NCBI GenBank assembly: GCA_030704615.1
Contig: CM060734.1
Location: 15,252,001 to 15,316,000 of the forward strand
Length of the DNA: 64,000 nucleotides
Direction: 5' to 3'
From: Takakia lepidozioides
Lineage: Eukaryota > Plantae > Bryophyta
Shown: positions 45,701 through 58,941 of the stretch, piece after piece
Position numbering within the stretch: position 1 is the first letter of the stretch
Layout: every line of letters begins with the position of its first letter
The notes under the pieces: generated by a model
Seen by the model: only the letters and a program-made list of their open reading frames with translations
The model's database searches: none
What the model was told of the DNA's origin: nothing
Program-made: the position numbers and the translations under genes

Positions 45701-48700
45701 AGGAGAAGACCGCGTGCAGGACAAGGTATGGTTCATATGAGTTCTTGGTGATGCCTTTTGGGCTCACCAATGCACCAGCGACATTTAGCACGCTGATGAA
45801 CAGCCTTTTCCAGGAGTGGTTGGATGACTTTGTGATCGTGTACATCGACGACATCTTGGTGTACTCGAAAACAAAGGAGGAGCACCTGGAGCACCTCAAA
45901 AGGGTGTTCCAAAAATTGCGGAAGGGAAGCTGTATGCCAAAGCTTCAAAGTGCGAATTCGGGGTCACAAAAGTGGAGTTCCTGGGGCATGTGATTACACA
46001 GGATGGGATCAAAATGGATGACAGAAAGGTGAGGGCGATCTTGGACTGGGCCTCCGACTTCGGTCCCGGGAGTGCGATCCTTCCTAGGACTCGCCTCCTA
46101 TTACCGGAAGTATGTGAGAAATTTCGCCAAGATCGCGGGGCCGCTGTCGACCTTCTGTGTAAATCCAAAGTCTGGGTATGGAACACCTTTTGTGGCCAAG
46201 CTTTTGCTGAATTGAAGCAGCGGATGGCGGAAGCTCCAGTCTTGAAAATCCCGGAGTTCGATCGTCCGTTTGAGATTCATACAGATGCGTCGGACTTCGC
46301 GATTGGGGTGTACTTATGCAAGATGGACGTCCAGTGGCTTACGAAAGTAAGAAACTGAATGAAGTGGAGCGACGGTGGCCGACGCACGAAAAGAGATGAA
46401 GGCGGTGGTGCATGTCTTGAGCTTTGGCGCCACTATGTTGGTTCCAACCCAGTGAAGGTGTTCACGGACAATGTCACGGTGAAGTATTTTGCCACGCAGC
46501 CCAAGTTGTCCCCAAAACAACTTAGGTGGCAAGATACTTTGGCGGTGTTCGACGTGGATATCCAGTACAAACCGGGACGGACAACGTGGTGGCCGATGCT
46601 TTAAGTAGAAAGCAGCAGCTTGTTGGTGTACAAGGGCGAGACGGCGCTCCAAAGGAAGATCCGGAAGGCTTGCCGGAAGGATGAGCTGGCGAAGTCCGTG
46701 ATGCAGGACTTGAGGATGGGGGTTAAATCGCAGTTCCACTTGCAAAATGGACTGCTCCGGTATAAGCAAAAGCGTCTCTACGTGCCGAAGGGAGGGATCA
46801 GAGATAGCCTCTTGAGAGAATGCCATGATAGCCCGCTTGCGGGCCACGGCGGAGCCAAGCGCACTGCGGCACTCTTGAAGAAAGAGTATTTCTGGCCCAA
46901 ACTGAGGGAGGAGGCAGAGGAGTATGTCAAGACATGCACCACATGCCAACAAAACCGGAGCGAGTACAAAAAGCAAGCGGGGCTGTTACAACCCTTGCCG
47001 ATTTCCAGAGGGGACTTGGGAAAGCGTCTCGATGGATTTCATGACTGCTATGCCGCTGTCAAAAGGATTCGATGCAATCATGGTGGTGGTGGATAGGTTC
47101 AGTAAAATGGGCCATTTCATCCCCACCAAGGAGACGGCAACGGCGCAGGAGACAGGGCGACTTTACTTCGCCCACGTCTTAAAGCATCATGGAGTCCCGA
47201 AGGATATTGTCTCGGACCGCGATCCAAAGTTTACGAGTAAATTTTGGAGGGCACTTTGGAAGAAGATGGGGACGAGGCTGAAGATGAGCACCGCCTTCCG
47301 ACCTACGACGACGGCCAAACGAAAGAGTGAATTCCGTAGTGAAGCAGATCTTGCGGAATTACGTGTCGGCAGACCAAACAGACTGGGTGGAACACTTAGA
47401 CGCGGCAGAGTTCTTTATAATAACACAGAACACTCCGCAACGGGAGTTTCCCCTTTCGTATTGGTCTATGGAAAAGCACCTCTGGTGCCGACAAGTTGGG
47501 CCGCCCAGGACGTTGAGGAACCGGCAGTAGCGGCGGTACTGGAAGAACGCGAGCGTTTGTTGAAGCTCGCAAAGTACAACATTGCCAAAGCTAGGAAACG
47601 GTATGAAAGGCAGGCGAATCGGAAGCGGAGGGAAGTGAAGTTTGAGGCAGGCACAGAGGTCTGGTTGAACATCAAGAATTTCCGACTACCTCCGGAAGTG
47701 AGTCCGAAATTCGTACCTCCGTATGCGGGACCCTTTCGCATTCGGAAGGTTATGAATGAGGATGTGTATGAATTGGAGCTGCCGGCAAACAGCAAGGTGC
47801 ACCCAGTATTCCATGTCTCCCTTTTGAAGCCTTACTTCAAAGATGAAGCGCGTCCGAATCGGCATCAAGTGTTGCGTCCGCCACCTATGCTGTTGGATCA
47901 TGAAAATTGTCGCGCACCTCCCTTCGGTAAGCTCCCCTTCACGTCGTAGTTACTCGCTTTGATGCACCTGACTCCCAACCTGGCCGCCGGGCCAACTTGG
48001 AGCTTCGGCTGCTCACCGGGACATAACGGTCCCCCTTCGCTCTCCCACTAAACCCTCCACCTCTTTGGGCCTAGTGGAATTCCCTTTGATAGATGGCAGT
48101 CCGGAACAGCTCCCCACTCTTTGGTCGCTTCCGCTCGCTCGCTTACTCACTCGTTTTTTGGTCACCAACGGGCTTGCACCGTTCTCGGGGTCACTACTCC
48201 CTTATATATACTTCTGTAGCTGTCCGCGGGGGTTTCACAACCAGCCATGCCATTTTATGGCGAACCACCACGAAAACCCTCGACTCCCGGTGATGAGTCG
48301 CGGTGAGTCTTGGCCCACTCACCACGGCCCCTATGGACCGTGATGAGTCCCAAGACTCCCCACGACTCCCACCACGAGGTCTCCGCCCCCATGGTGAGTC
48401 CTATGCCACCCCCACTAAGTCCCGCTAAGCTACCACCACCCCTTGTGGAGCCACCCCCACCGCAACCCGGTGTGCGGGGCTCCACCTAGTGAGCGCCGCC
48501 CTCCGCCTCCTGAGTGCCTTGGGCACTCAAGGGTGCTTCAGCCCCCCATACCTATCGCTGCCGCTGCCCCCCACACAGGGGCAGCCCCTCATGTGTCCCG
48601 ACCCCCTGCCCTCAAGGCAAAGGGCCGCGACACACACCCCTACCAACAGGGAGTCGATGTCCTCATCGACTTGTCCATTTTGTAGAAACGAACATCCAAG

Positions 48701-51700
48701 TTGTGGCGTCCCACATCAAGGAGTTTGTTTCCGCACCATGGCGTCCCATGGCAAAGAACCAAACCCCACACTTGACTCTACTCTCCACTAGCTAGTTCGG
48801 CCGACTTCCTCCAAGTCCCGGCCAAGGGTTGGAGCCTCTCCAGCTCCTCCCAGTGCACTCTTCTTGGCCTACTTCAAGGCCAAGGAACGATCCTCCCGAG
48901 GATCGAATCGCCTTACTGCAACAACATTGCTTGCGACCGCTCATGATGCCGCTTTTGGCATCACCTTGAGCAAGGGTTCACCTGGAACCCTCTTTGACTA
49001 GGAAGATAACCTTGAACCAACCGTGCGCCCCAATCACTACAATTGGGTCCGCCTTGGAATGCTGGCCTGAGGTACGGGAACACGCCGAAGCGCACTACGA
49101 CTTCGTCCCGAGGCTACACGATTATAGTACGTGAACGGAAGCACGTAGCTTCCGCGTTAGCCCGCACTACAAGGCAACCCCTCGGTAGCGCAGTTTATAG
49201 TACGCGCACCGCCCAGGTGCGCACTAGTACGTGAACTCCCAAAGAAGGCGCAAGTTTCCTTGCCCCTCGGATGGGGGTCACCCGATTTCGGCACTGCACA
49301 AACACACGATTAACCCAATTTACCTCTCCCACTTTTATAAGCTAGCATGCATTCTACACACTAGCCAACCATACCATGCATCACCATTCCAACAAAAATA
49401 GGACGCACAACATTTGAAATCCATTTCATTTATAGCACGTTTTGTACAATACAGTTTTTGCAATCGGATTCCTAAGCTAGCTAAACCGGGCTAAGCATGC
49501 ATTTCCTCCCCCACGCTCCAAGGTTGATGTCCCCATCAACGCTTCTTCGCTTTTGAGGTCGCCCTTCGAAAGCTGCAACCGCCTCGGATGCGTTTCCCAT
49601 TTCTGAGGCACGCACCCAAGATGCCTCCACATGATGATAGCCCTTCCATTTGACGAGATACTCCGTTTCTCGGTTCCTGAACCTCCTCGACTTAAGTATT
49701 GCCTCCACCTCGTACTCAGGTTCATTTTCATGATCCAACAGCATAGGTGGCGGACGCAAACTTGATGCCGATTCGGACGCGCTTCATCTTTGAAGTAAGG
49801 CTTCAAAAGGGAGACATGGAATACTGGGTGCACCTTGCTGTTTGCCGGCAGCTCCAATTCATACACATCCTCATTCATAACCTTCCGAATGCGAAAGGTC
49901 CCGCATACGGAGGTACGAACTTCGGACTCACTTCCGGAGGTAGTCGGAAATTCTTGATGTTCAACCAGACCTCTGTGCCTGCCTCAAACTTCACTTCCCT
50001 CCGCTTCCGATTCGCCTGCCTTTCATACCGTTTCCTAGCTTTGGCAATGTTGTACTTTGCGAGCTTCAACAAACGCTCGCGTTCTTCCAGTACCGCCGCT
50101 ACTGCCGGTTCCTCAACGTCCTGGGGCGGCCCAACTTGTCGGCACCAGAGGTGCTTTTCCATAGACCAATACGAAAGGGGAAACTCCCGTTGCGGAGTGT
50201 TCTGTGTTATTATAACAAGAACTCTGCCCGCGTCTAAGTGTTCCACCCAGTCTGATTGGTCTGCCGACACGTAATTCCGCAAGATTGCTTCACTACGGAA
50301 TTCACTCTTTCCGTTGGGCCGTCGTCGTAGGTCGGAAGGCGGTGCTCATCTTCAGCCTCGTCCCCATCTTCTTCCAAAGTGCCCTCCAAAATTTACTCGT
50401 AAACTTTGGATCGCGGTCCGAGACAATATCCTTCGGGACTCCATGATGCTTTAAGACGTGGGCGAAGTAAAGTCGCCCTGTCTCCTGCGCCGTTGCCGTC
50501 TCCTTGGTGGGGATGAAATGGCCCATTTTACTGAACCTATCCACCCACCACCATGATTGCATCGAATCCTTTTGACAGCGGCATAGCAGTCATGAAATCC
50601 ATCGAGACGCTTTCCCAAGTCCCCTCTGGAATCGGCAAGGGTTGTAACAGCCCCGCTTGCTTTTTGTACTCGCTCCGGTTTTGTTGGCATGTGGTGCATG
50701 TCTTGACATACTCCCTCCCCTCCTCCCTCAGTTTGGGCCAGAAATACTCTTTCTTCAAGAGTGCCGCAGTGCGCTTGGCTCCCCGTGGCCCGCAAGCGGG
50801 CTATCATGGCATTCTCTCAAGAGGCTATCTTTGATCCCTCCCTTCGGCACGTAGAGACGCTTTTGCTTATACCGGAGCAGTCCATTTTTGCAAGTGGAAC
50901 TGCGATTTAACCCCCTCCTCAAGTCCTGCATCACACGGACTTCGCCAGCTCATCCTTCCGGCAAGCCTTCCGGATCTTCCTTTGGAGCGCCGTCTCGCCC
51001 TTGTACACCAACAAGAGCTGCTGCTTTCTACTTAAAGCATCGGCCACCACTTTTTCTCGTCGTCCCGGTTTGTACTGGATATCCACGTCGAACACCGCCA
51101 AAGTATCTTGCCACCTAAGTTGTTTTGGGGACAACTTGGGCTGCGTGGCAAAATACTTCACCGTGACATTGTCCGTGAACACCTTCACTGGGTTGGAACC
51201 AACATAGTGGCGCCAAAGCTCAAGACAGTGCACCACCGCCTTCATCTCTTTCTCGTGCGTCGGCCACCGTCGCTCCACTTCATTCAGTTTCTTACTTTCG
51301 TAAGCCACTGGACGTCCATCTTGCATCAGTACACCACCAATCGCGAAGTCCGACGCATCTGTATATATCTCAAACGGACGATCGAACTCCGGGATTTTCA
51401 AGACTGGAGCTTCCGCCATCCGCTGCTTCAATTCAGCAAAAGCTTGGCCACAAAAGGTGTTCCATGCCCAACTTTAGATTTACAGAAGGTCTGACAGCGG
51501 CCCCGCGATTTTGGCGAAATTTCTCACATACTTCCGGTAATAGGAGGCGAGTCCTAGGAAGGATCGCACTCCCGGGACCAAAGTCGGAGGCTCCCAGTCC
51601 AAAATTGCCCTCACCTTCTGTCATCCATTTTGATCCCATCCTGTGTAATCACATGCCCCAGGAACTCCACTTTTGTGACCCCGAATTCGCACTTTGAAGC

Positions 51701-54700
51701 TTTGGCATACAGCTTCCCTTCTCGCAATTTCTGGAACACCCTTTTGAGGTGCTCCAGGTGCTCCTCCTTTGTTTTCGAAATACACCAAGATGTAGTCGAT
51801 GTTAACAGATCACAAAGTCATCCAACCTCCTGGCAAAGGCTGTTGTTCATCAGCGTGCTAAGGTCGCCAGGTGCATTAGTGAGCCCAAAAAGCTCACCAA
51901 GAACTCATATGAACCATACCTTGTCCTGCACGCGTCTTCTCCTCATCTCCTTCCGCCACCCGAATTTGATGATAGCCGGAGCGCAAGTCGATCCGGCTGA
52001 AAATACTTTGCTCCTGCCCAACCAGTCGAAAAGGTCGTCGATCCTTGGCAAAGCGGTACCGGTTTTTAATAGTCACCTTATTCAAAGCCCTGTAATCGAC
52101 ACACATCCGCAGCGTCCCATCCTTCTTGTCTGCGAATAGCACCGGGGCTCCGTAAGGTGACTTACTCGCCGGATGTACCCCCTTGACATTAGATCCTTGA
52201 GCTGAGTCTTCAGCCGACCAACTCCCTGTGGCTCAACCGGTAGGGTGCCTTGGCAGGTGGTTCCGATCCCGGTATCACCTCAATCTGTGGACTCCTCTTC
52301 GCAGTGGCAAGCCGCTTGGTAAATCCTCCGGCAACACATCCTGGTATTTCTCCAAGATCCCCTTGATCCAATCTAGGCTTGGCTTCCCATCGCCTTCTCC
52401 CTTCATTCTCTAATGTAAAGCAAAAATTGGGGCTTGTGTGCCTCCTCCACGGCCCACCCCTTGCTGACAGAAGGTTTATTCGCCCTCCCACGGATTTGGG
52501 CGTTTCGACACTTGTAAAACCTCGCCACCATTCCCACATGGCAGCGTGACCACTCTCTTGCGGCCATCTGTGACCGCTCCGGATTTGCTCAAAAAGGTCA
52601 TCCCCAAAATGAGATCCACTCCATTGATCTCGCAGATGGTGAAGTTCTCACGTCCCTCCCAACTCCCAGTTGAAGAGGAACATCAAACGCCAACCTTGTC
52701 GCCAACTGTGGTTCTCCTTTGGCAGAACGCCACCTCAATAGAGGCCCCCACGTCACTTGTCGGGAGTCCAACTTTCGCGCCGTCGCCGGTGTCATGAAGG
52801 AGTGCGACGCTCCTGTGTCCACAACAACGACACGTTAGTTCCGGATATTATCCCATCACGAACAATAACTGACTCCCTTTACGCAGGGCGCCAGTTTCCT
52901 GATACAACTCACAAGAATAGTTGTCTACCTTGCAAGTCCTGGCAACCACCGCTTCCACCAAGCGACTGATGGTATCTTCCGACAGCTCCGTGGTTGCCCG
53001 AGTCATGTTCAATTGACGAGGTTTTGTGCACTTCTTGGCCATGTGCCCGGAATTGAAACACATTCCATCAAAGGTCGCCTTCTATCCGCCGTAAGCCGCT
53101 CCACCCACTTTTCCTTCGAAGCACCGGGGGTGCCGCTTAACGTGTGAAGGTCTCCCTTCGATTACCACGTGCCATTGTCGCCGCGTGGCCTATCCCACTT
53201 CTTTTCCGGTCGGAAGGAGTCACCTTCCCGCCGGGTCTTCTTGTGGTTCAGCTCCGTACGGCCTTGTCTCTCACCCTAGGACATCCGAGAACATTCAGCC
53301 CTCTCAATTGCCTCGTTCAACGTCGTGGGTGGCCTTCTCCTCCAACTTCCGCCCCTGGCCCATGGGGCAGGCCCGCCACAAAGTTGAAGACCATTTCTGG
53401 TTCTGCCATGTCCGCGACTTCGAGCAACAGCACATTGAAAGCCTGGACATACCCCTGAATATCATCTGTTTGCTTCAAATTCCTCATCTGGTTCCCGGGC
53501 AAGCCAGGATGCGTTGAGGGCACAAACTGTCTCTTCATCAATTCCTTGAACCCACTCCAGTTCAAGGTTTCCGGGCTTGGCCTCGGTCGTCGTGAAGGCG
53601 TTTCTGCCACCCATTGTTGAGCATAGCCCTCAAATAGGGGGGAGCCACTTCCACCCGATCCTCGTCACTCAACTTGGCCGCCCGGAAGTACTGCTCTAGC
53701 TCCAGGAGCCAGGTGTTGAGTGCCTTCCGATTTCGAACGCCCTCGAAGGTGCCGGTTCCTTAGGCTTCACCTTAAACTTTGCCTTAGTGGAATGGCATTA
53801 GCCGCCTTCAACACGTCTTTCAACGTCCCGCCAAACTGCGCCAACAACCCTTCCCAAAAGGCATCTCTTGGTTTGTCGGAGCTCTCAAGGATTCCGGGCT
53901 CCGACTCCTCGGATTCCTCCCGCTCTTGAGCGGCCTCGTTTTCGGAAACATTCATCGCTTCCTCAAACGGCCGCCTCGGTGACACGTCGCCCCATCGGGC
54001 TCACCAGGATCATCATCTTTTGGGCCGTTCCGCTTTCGCTTCGGCTGCCCGAACCCATGATGAGGCCAATCCCAAGGATGATCGCGTACTGAACTCTAGG
54101 CTCTGATACCAATTGTCGCGCACCTCCCTTCGGTAAGCTCCCCTTCACGTCGTAGTTACTCGCTTTGATGCGCGCGCCTGACTCCCAACCTGGCCGCCGG
54201 GCCAACTTGGAGCTTTGGCTGCTCAACCGGGATATAACGGTCCCCCTTCGCTTCCCACTAAACCCTCCACCTATTTGGGACTAGTGGAATTCCTTTGGTA
54301 GATGGCAGTCCGGAACAGCTCCCCACTCTTTGGTCGCTTTCCGGCTCGCTCGCTTACTCACTAGTTTTTGGTCACCAACAGGCTTGCACCGTTCTCGGGG
54401 TTACTACTCCCTATATATACTTCTGTAGCTGTCCGCGGGGGTTTCATAACCAGCCATGCCATTTTATGGCGAACCACCACGAAAACCCTCAACTCCCGGT
54501 GATGAGTCGCGGTGAGTCTTGGCCCACTCACCACGGCCACTATGGACCGTGATGAGTCCCAAGAGTCCCCACGACTCCCACCACAGGTCTACGCCCCATG
54601 GTGACCCCCCCCATGGTGTCCTATGCCACCCCCACTAAGTCCCGCTAAGCTACCACCACCCCTTGTGGAGACCACCCCACCGCAACCCGGTGTGCGGGGC

Positions 54701-56685
54701 TCCACCTAGTGAGCGCCTCCGCCTCCTTGAGTGCCTTGGGCACTCAAGGGTGCTTCAGCCCCCCATACCTATCGCTGCCGATGCCCCCACCACAGGGGCA
54801 GCCCCTCATGTGTCCCGACCCCCTGCCCTCAAGGCAAAGGGCCGCGACAAAAATGAACCTGAGTACGAGGTGGAGGCAATACTTAAGTCGAGGAGGTTCA
54901 AGAACCCAGAAACGGAGTATCTCGTCAAATGGAAGGGCTATCATCATGTGGAGGCATCTTGGGTGCGTGCCTCAGAAATGGGAAACGCATCCGAGCGGTT
55001 GCAGCTTTCGAAGGGCGACCTCAAAAGTGGAAGAATCGTTGATGGGGACATCAACCTTGGAGCGTGGGGGAGGAAATGCATGCTTAGCCCGGCTTAGCTA
55101 GCTTAGGAATCCGATTGCAAAAACTTGTATTGTGCAAAATTTGTTTATAAAGGAAATGGGTTCCAAATTCTGTGCGTCCTATTTTGTTTGGAATGGTGAT
55201 GCATGGTGTGGTTGGCTAGTGTGTAGGATGCATGCTAGCTTATAAAAGTGGGAGAGGTAAATTGGGTTAATCGTGTGTTTGCGTAGTGCCGAAATCGGGT
55301 GACCCCCATCCGAGGGGCAAGGAAACTTGCGCCTTCTTTGGGGAGTTCACGTGCTAGTGCGCACCTGGCGCGTGCGCGTACTATAACTGCGCTACCGAGG
55401 GGGGTTGCCTTGTAGTGCGGGCTAACGCGGAAGCCACGTGCTTCCGTTCACGTACTATAATCGTGTAGCCTCGGACGAAGTCGTCGTAGTGCGGCTTCGG
55501 CGTTGTCCCGTACCTCAGGCCAGCATTCCAAGGCGGACCCAATTGTAGTGATTGGGGCGCACGTTGGTTCGAGGTTATCTTCCTAGTCAAAGAGGGTTCC
55601 AGGTGAATCCTTGCTCAAGGTGATGCCAAAAGCGGCATCATGAGCGGTCGCAAGCAATGTTGTTGCAGTAAGTAAGGCGATTCGATCCTCGGGGAGGATT
55701 GTTCCTTGGCCTTGAAGTAGGCCAAGAAGAGTGCACTGGGAGGAGCTTGAGAGGCTCCACCCTTGCCGGGACTTGGAGGAAGTCGGCCGAACTAGCTAGT
55801 GGAGAGTAGAGTCAAGTGTGGGGATTGGTTCTTTGCCATCGGACGCCATGGTGCGGAAACAAACTCCTTGATGTGGGACGCCACAACTTGGATGTTCGTT
55901 TCTACAAAATGGACAAGTCGATGAGGACATCGACTCCCTGTTGGTAGGGGTGTGTGTGTCGCGGCCCTTTTCCTTGAGGGCAGGGGGTCGGGACACATGA
56001 GGGGCTGCCCCTGTGGTGGGGGCATCGGCAGCGATAGGTATGGGGGGCTGAAGCACCCTTGAGTGCCCAAGGCACTCAAGGAGGCGGAGGCGCTCACTAG
56101 GTGGAGCCCCGCACACCGGGTTGCGGTGGGGGTGGCTCCACAAAGGGTGGTGTAGCTTAGCGGGACTTAGTGGGGGTGGCATAGGACTCACCATGGGGCG
56201 GAGACCTCGTGGTGGGAGTCGTGGGGAGTCTTGGGACTCATCACGGTCCATAGGGGCCGTGGTGAGTGGGCCAAGACTCACCGCGACTCATCACCGGGAG
56301 TCGAGGGTTTCGTGGTGGTTCGCCATAAAATGGCATGGCTGGTTGTGAACCCCCCGCGGACAGCTACAGGTTATATAGGGGATAAGTAGAGTATGACCCC
56401 GAGAACGGTGCAAGCCCGTTGGTGACCAAAAACGAGTGAGTAAGCGAGCGAGCCAGAAAGCGACCAAAGAGTGGGGAGCTGTTCCGGACTGCCATCTATC
56501 AAAGGGAATTCCACTAGGCCCAAAGAGGTGGAGGGTTTAGTGGGAGAGCGAAGGGGGGACCGTTATGTCCCGGTGAGCAGCCGAAGCTCCAAGTTGGCCT
56601 GGCGGCCAGGTTGGGAGTCAGGCGCGCGCATCAAAGCGAGTAACTATGACTTGAAGGGGAGCTTACCGAAGTGAGGTGCGCGACA
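42788..56685 (+). mobile_element. A4: full-length chromovirus family A copy, interrupted by A5
   Basis: LTRs 42788-43510 and 55957-56685. PBS at 43513-43524. Perfect TSD TCTAC (42783-42787 and 56686-56690). gag-pol at ~43566-47907 resumes at 54855 with the chromodomain. Confidence 0.97.
47908..54849 (-). mobile_element. A5: full-length chromovirus family A copy nested antisense within A4
   Basis: LTRs 47908-48632 (3') and 54114-54849 (5'). PBS at 54100-54111. Perfect TSD AAAAT (47903-47907 and 54850-54854). All gag-pol domains are present, with many 1-bp indels. Confidence 0.97.
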
Positions 56686-58004
56686 TCTACACTGTGAGTT
56701 GTCTCCCTTTGTTGTACCATTGCCCTTTCCACCACTTTGACCAGCCCTTTCAATTTGTCTAGCTCTCCGGGCACAGTCATGATTAGGTCCATGGGAGACA
56801 ACGAGATTCTCCCTTTGTAGAAGTGGTTCAAGATTATGGATTTCGTACCTCCTTCTATGGCAGTCTTGAAATTGTTCTTTGGGTAGATTTCACTCTTGGT
56901 CCTGCTTGGCTGTTCACTGCTCTCACTATTCCTTTCTGGTGACCCTGTAGGTTCAACAATCGGACTCTGGACAGGGATACGTGTCCTTGGAAGTCTGACT
57001 TCATTGATACTATTTTGTGACATCAGATTTGTCATTTCTGCGAGTACATCATCCTCATCATCATAGAATACATCTACAAAGTTAGTTCCCGGAATTCCCA
57101 TCATAGTCTGGTCGAGTTTTCTACTGCACTCACTCTCTGTATGCCCGAGTAGCTTGCAAAAGTTGCATCTCACACCACCCGTGGAATGCCCGAACCGGTG
57201 ACATTTGTCACACTTAGCTGGGGTTCTTCCTTCAGGACAATATGCAGCTATGTGACCTTTTTGTGACAAACATTACAAAGGCGAACACGAGGTGGTGTTC
57301 TAGATCCCGAGCTTTCTCCTATGACTGGTCCCCTATCAAAGTACTTCTGTAGGGTAGTGTTCAGCTGATCAAGTCTTCTATCCACAGGGTTGACAAACAC
57401 AACTGACTCATCTGTATCATCTCCTTCCAATGGCTCTAGAGGTATTTCCCCTAACTTTCCCAGGCCCCTTTCAATCTCAATGGCTGTGTCAAGTGCTTCC
57501 TCTACATCAAGGAAGCGCCTGCCCAACATTACTCTTGCTATTTCTGGTCTCAAACCCGCTGCAAATCTACGCCTCTGTTCCAAATCAGACGCCCCACTTC
57601 TTATAAATAACCGGTTCAACCTATCAAAGTACGTTTGAACCCTTTGTCTACTCTCTTGTTTGATGGTATCCATCCTTAACCTGATTTCTGCCAAGTCAAT
57701 GACACCAAACTTGGCTGATATGGCCTGAAATCTTCCCAGTTGTCTGGCCTAGGGTTTTGTTTACGGTACCATTCATCAGCCTTGGCTCTTAGGTTGAGCC
57801 TTGCTACCTTGAAGGTTTTATCCTCATTTAAATCCTTGACATCTGCCTCCATCTGAATCCTTTCCAGCCAGTCATTCACATCCTCACTATTCCTACCATG
57901 ATAAGGCACGTCTATGCTAGTTGGACTAGTCATTCTTCTATACTCTAGTTGAAGTTCAAACTGTTTCAACACCTAATTCTGACTCTAATTTTCCTACAAC
58001 TCCC

Positions 58005-58316
58005 TTAATGCTGACCTCTATACCACTCCCACTGTCCATTTCGCAACATCTCTACTCTACCTCCCCATGTCACCTCTCGTGCCATGGTATTTATCTTCTC
58101 CCACCTTCCTAGCTCTCTTATCCAAAGTGCTATGGTTGTTCTTCCCCCAGCATGTATCACTCTAAGACATAAATCACCATTAGCTATTCTCCAAGCAGGG
58201 TTGAAGAAGTACAAACAAGGGTCTGCGTGGGCATTTGGTGTGCGTCTGCTGAAGCAAATCAGCACATCTCCAATGCTTGGTTCATCAGGAATCAGTGTGT
58301 GGTCTCTGCCTGCCAT
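58005..58316 (-). CDS. Unknown ~103-aa Trp-rich ORF between the PBS and gag of element C
   Basis: MAGRDHTLIP...NGQWEWYRGQH*; its ATG lies ~55 nt after the PBS and the ORF ends just before gag. No recognisable domain. Confidence 0.4.
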   Translation of the reverse strand: MAGRDHTLIPDEPSIGDVLICFSRRTPNAHADPCLYFFNPAWRIANGDLCLRVIHAGGRTTIALWIRELGRWEKINTMAREVTWGGRVEMLRNGQWEWYRGQH

Positions 58317-58900
58317 CAAACCATCCAATACCAGTCAAGATCCCTAGCTAGTAGAAATCAAGATTTAACGAAGCTCTGATACCACAAGAAGGGCGTGAAT
58401 CCCCTTCTGTGCAATTCTAATTGTGCTCCTCCCCAGTTTTGAAGCGGAGCAAAAGAAAGGAACTCTCTTCCACTGATCCAACCATCGTGACTCGGTTGTG
58501 GGTTTCCCTCAGGTCCTTCATGATCAGAGTTTACACAATCCTCATCCACGCCGCAGCGGAAGAGAAGACATGGATGGGAGTCTGTATTGTTCTCACCCTT
58601 GGTTCTATTTTTACACGACATCCTTTCCCTGGGGTACAGCACCAGCCATGCTACCATGTTGTCTTCAGTGATGCAACCAGCCCTACGTTAGTGATGAACA
58701 CTGCCCTTGTGGCAGCTCCCTTGGACAATAACACGTGGAGCCCCTTTGTGTAATAAGATCACGATTAGAAGGAGGCAACTCAGATCTGCCATGAACTACA
58801 GGGCCCCGGTTGGCTCTTCATGGGTTCATGCTTTCTTTATCTTACCTCCCCAATCTTCATCCCTCATCAACCCCTCTTGCTGGTCAGCTCTCTCCCTTTG

Positions 58901-58907
<7 letters not shown>

Positions 58908-58934
<27 letters not shown>
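58908..58934. repeat. (CT)n microsatellite within the putative LTR of C
   Basis: Direct read. Confidence 0.85.

Positions 58935-58941
<7 letters not shown>

Noticed and set aside
18710-56674. Numerous antisense ORFs over gag-pol regions
   Set aside because: Shadow frames of GC-rich coding sequence; boundaries are not conserved among the five copies.
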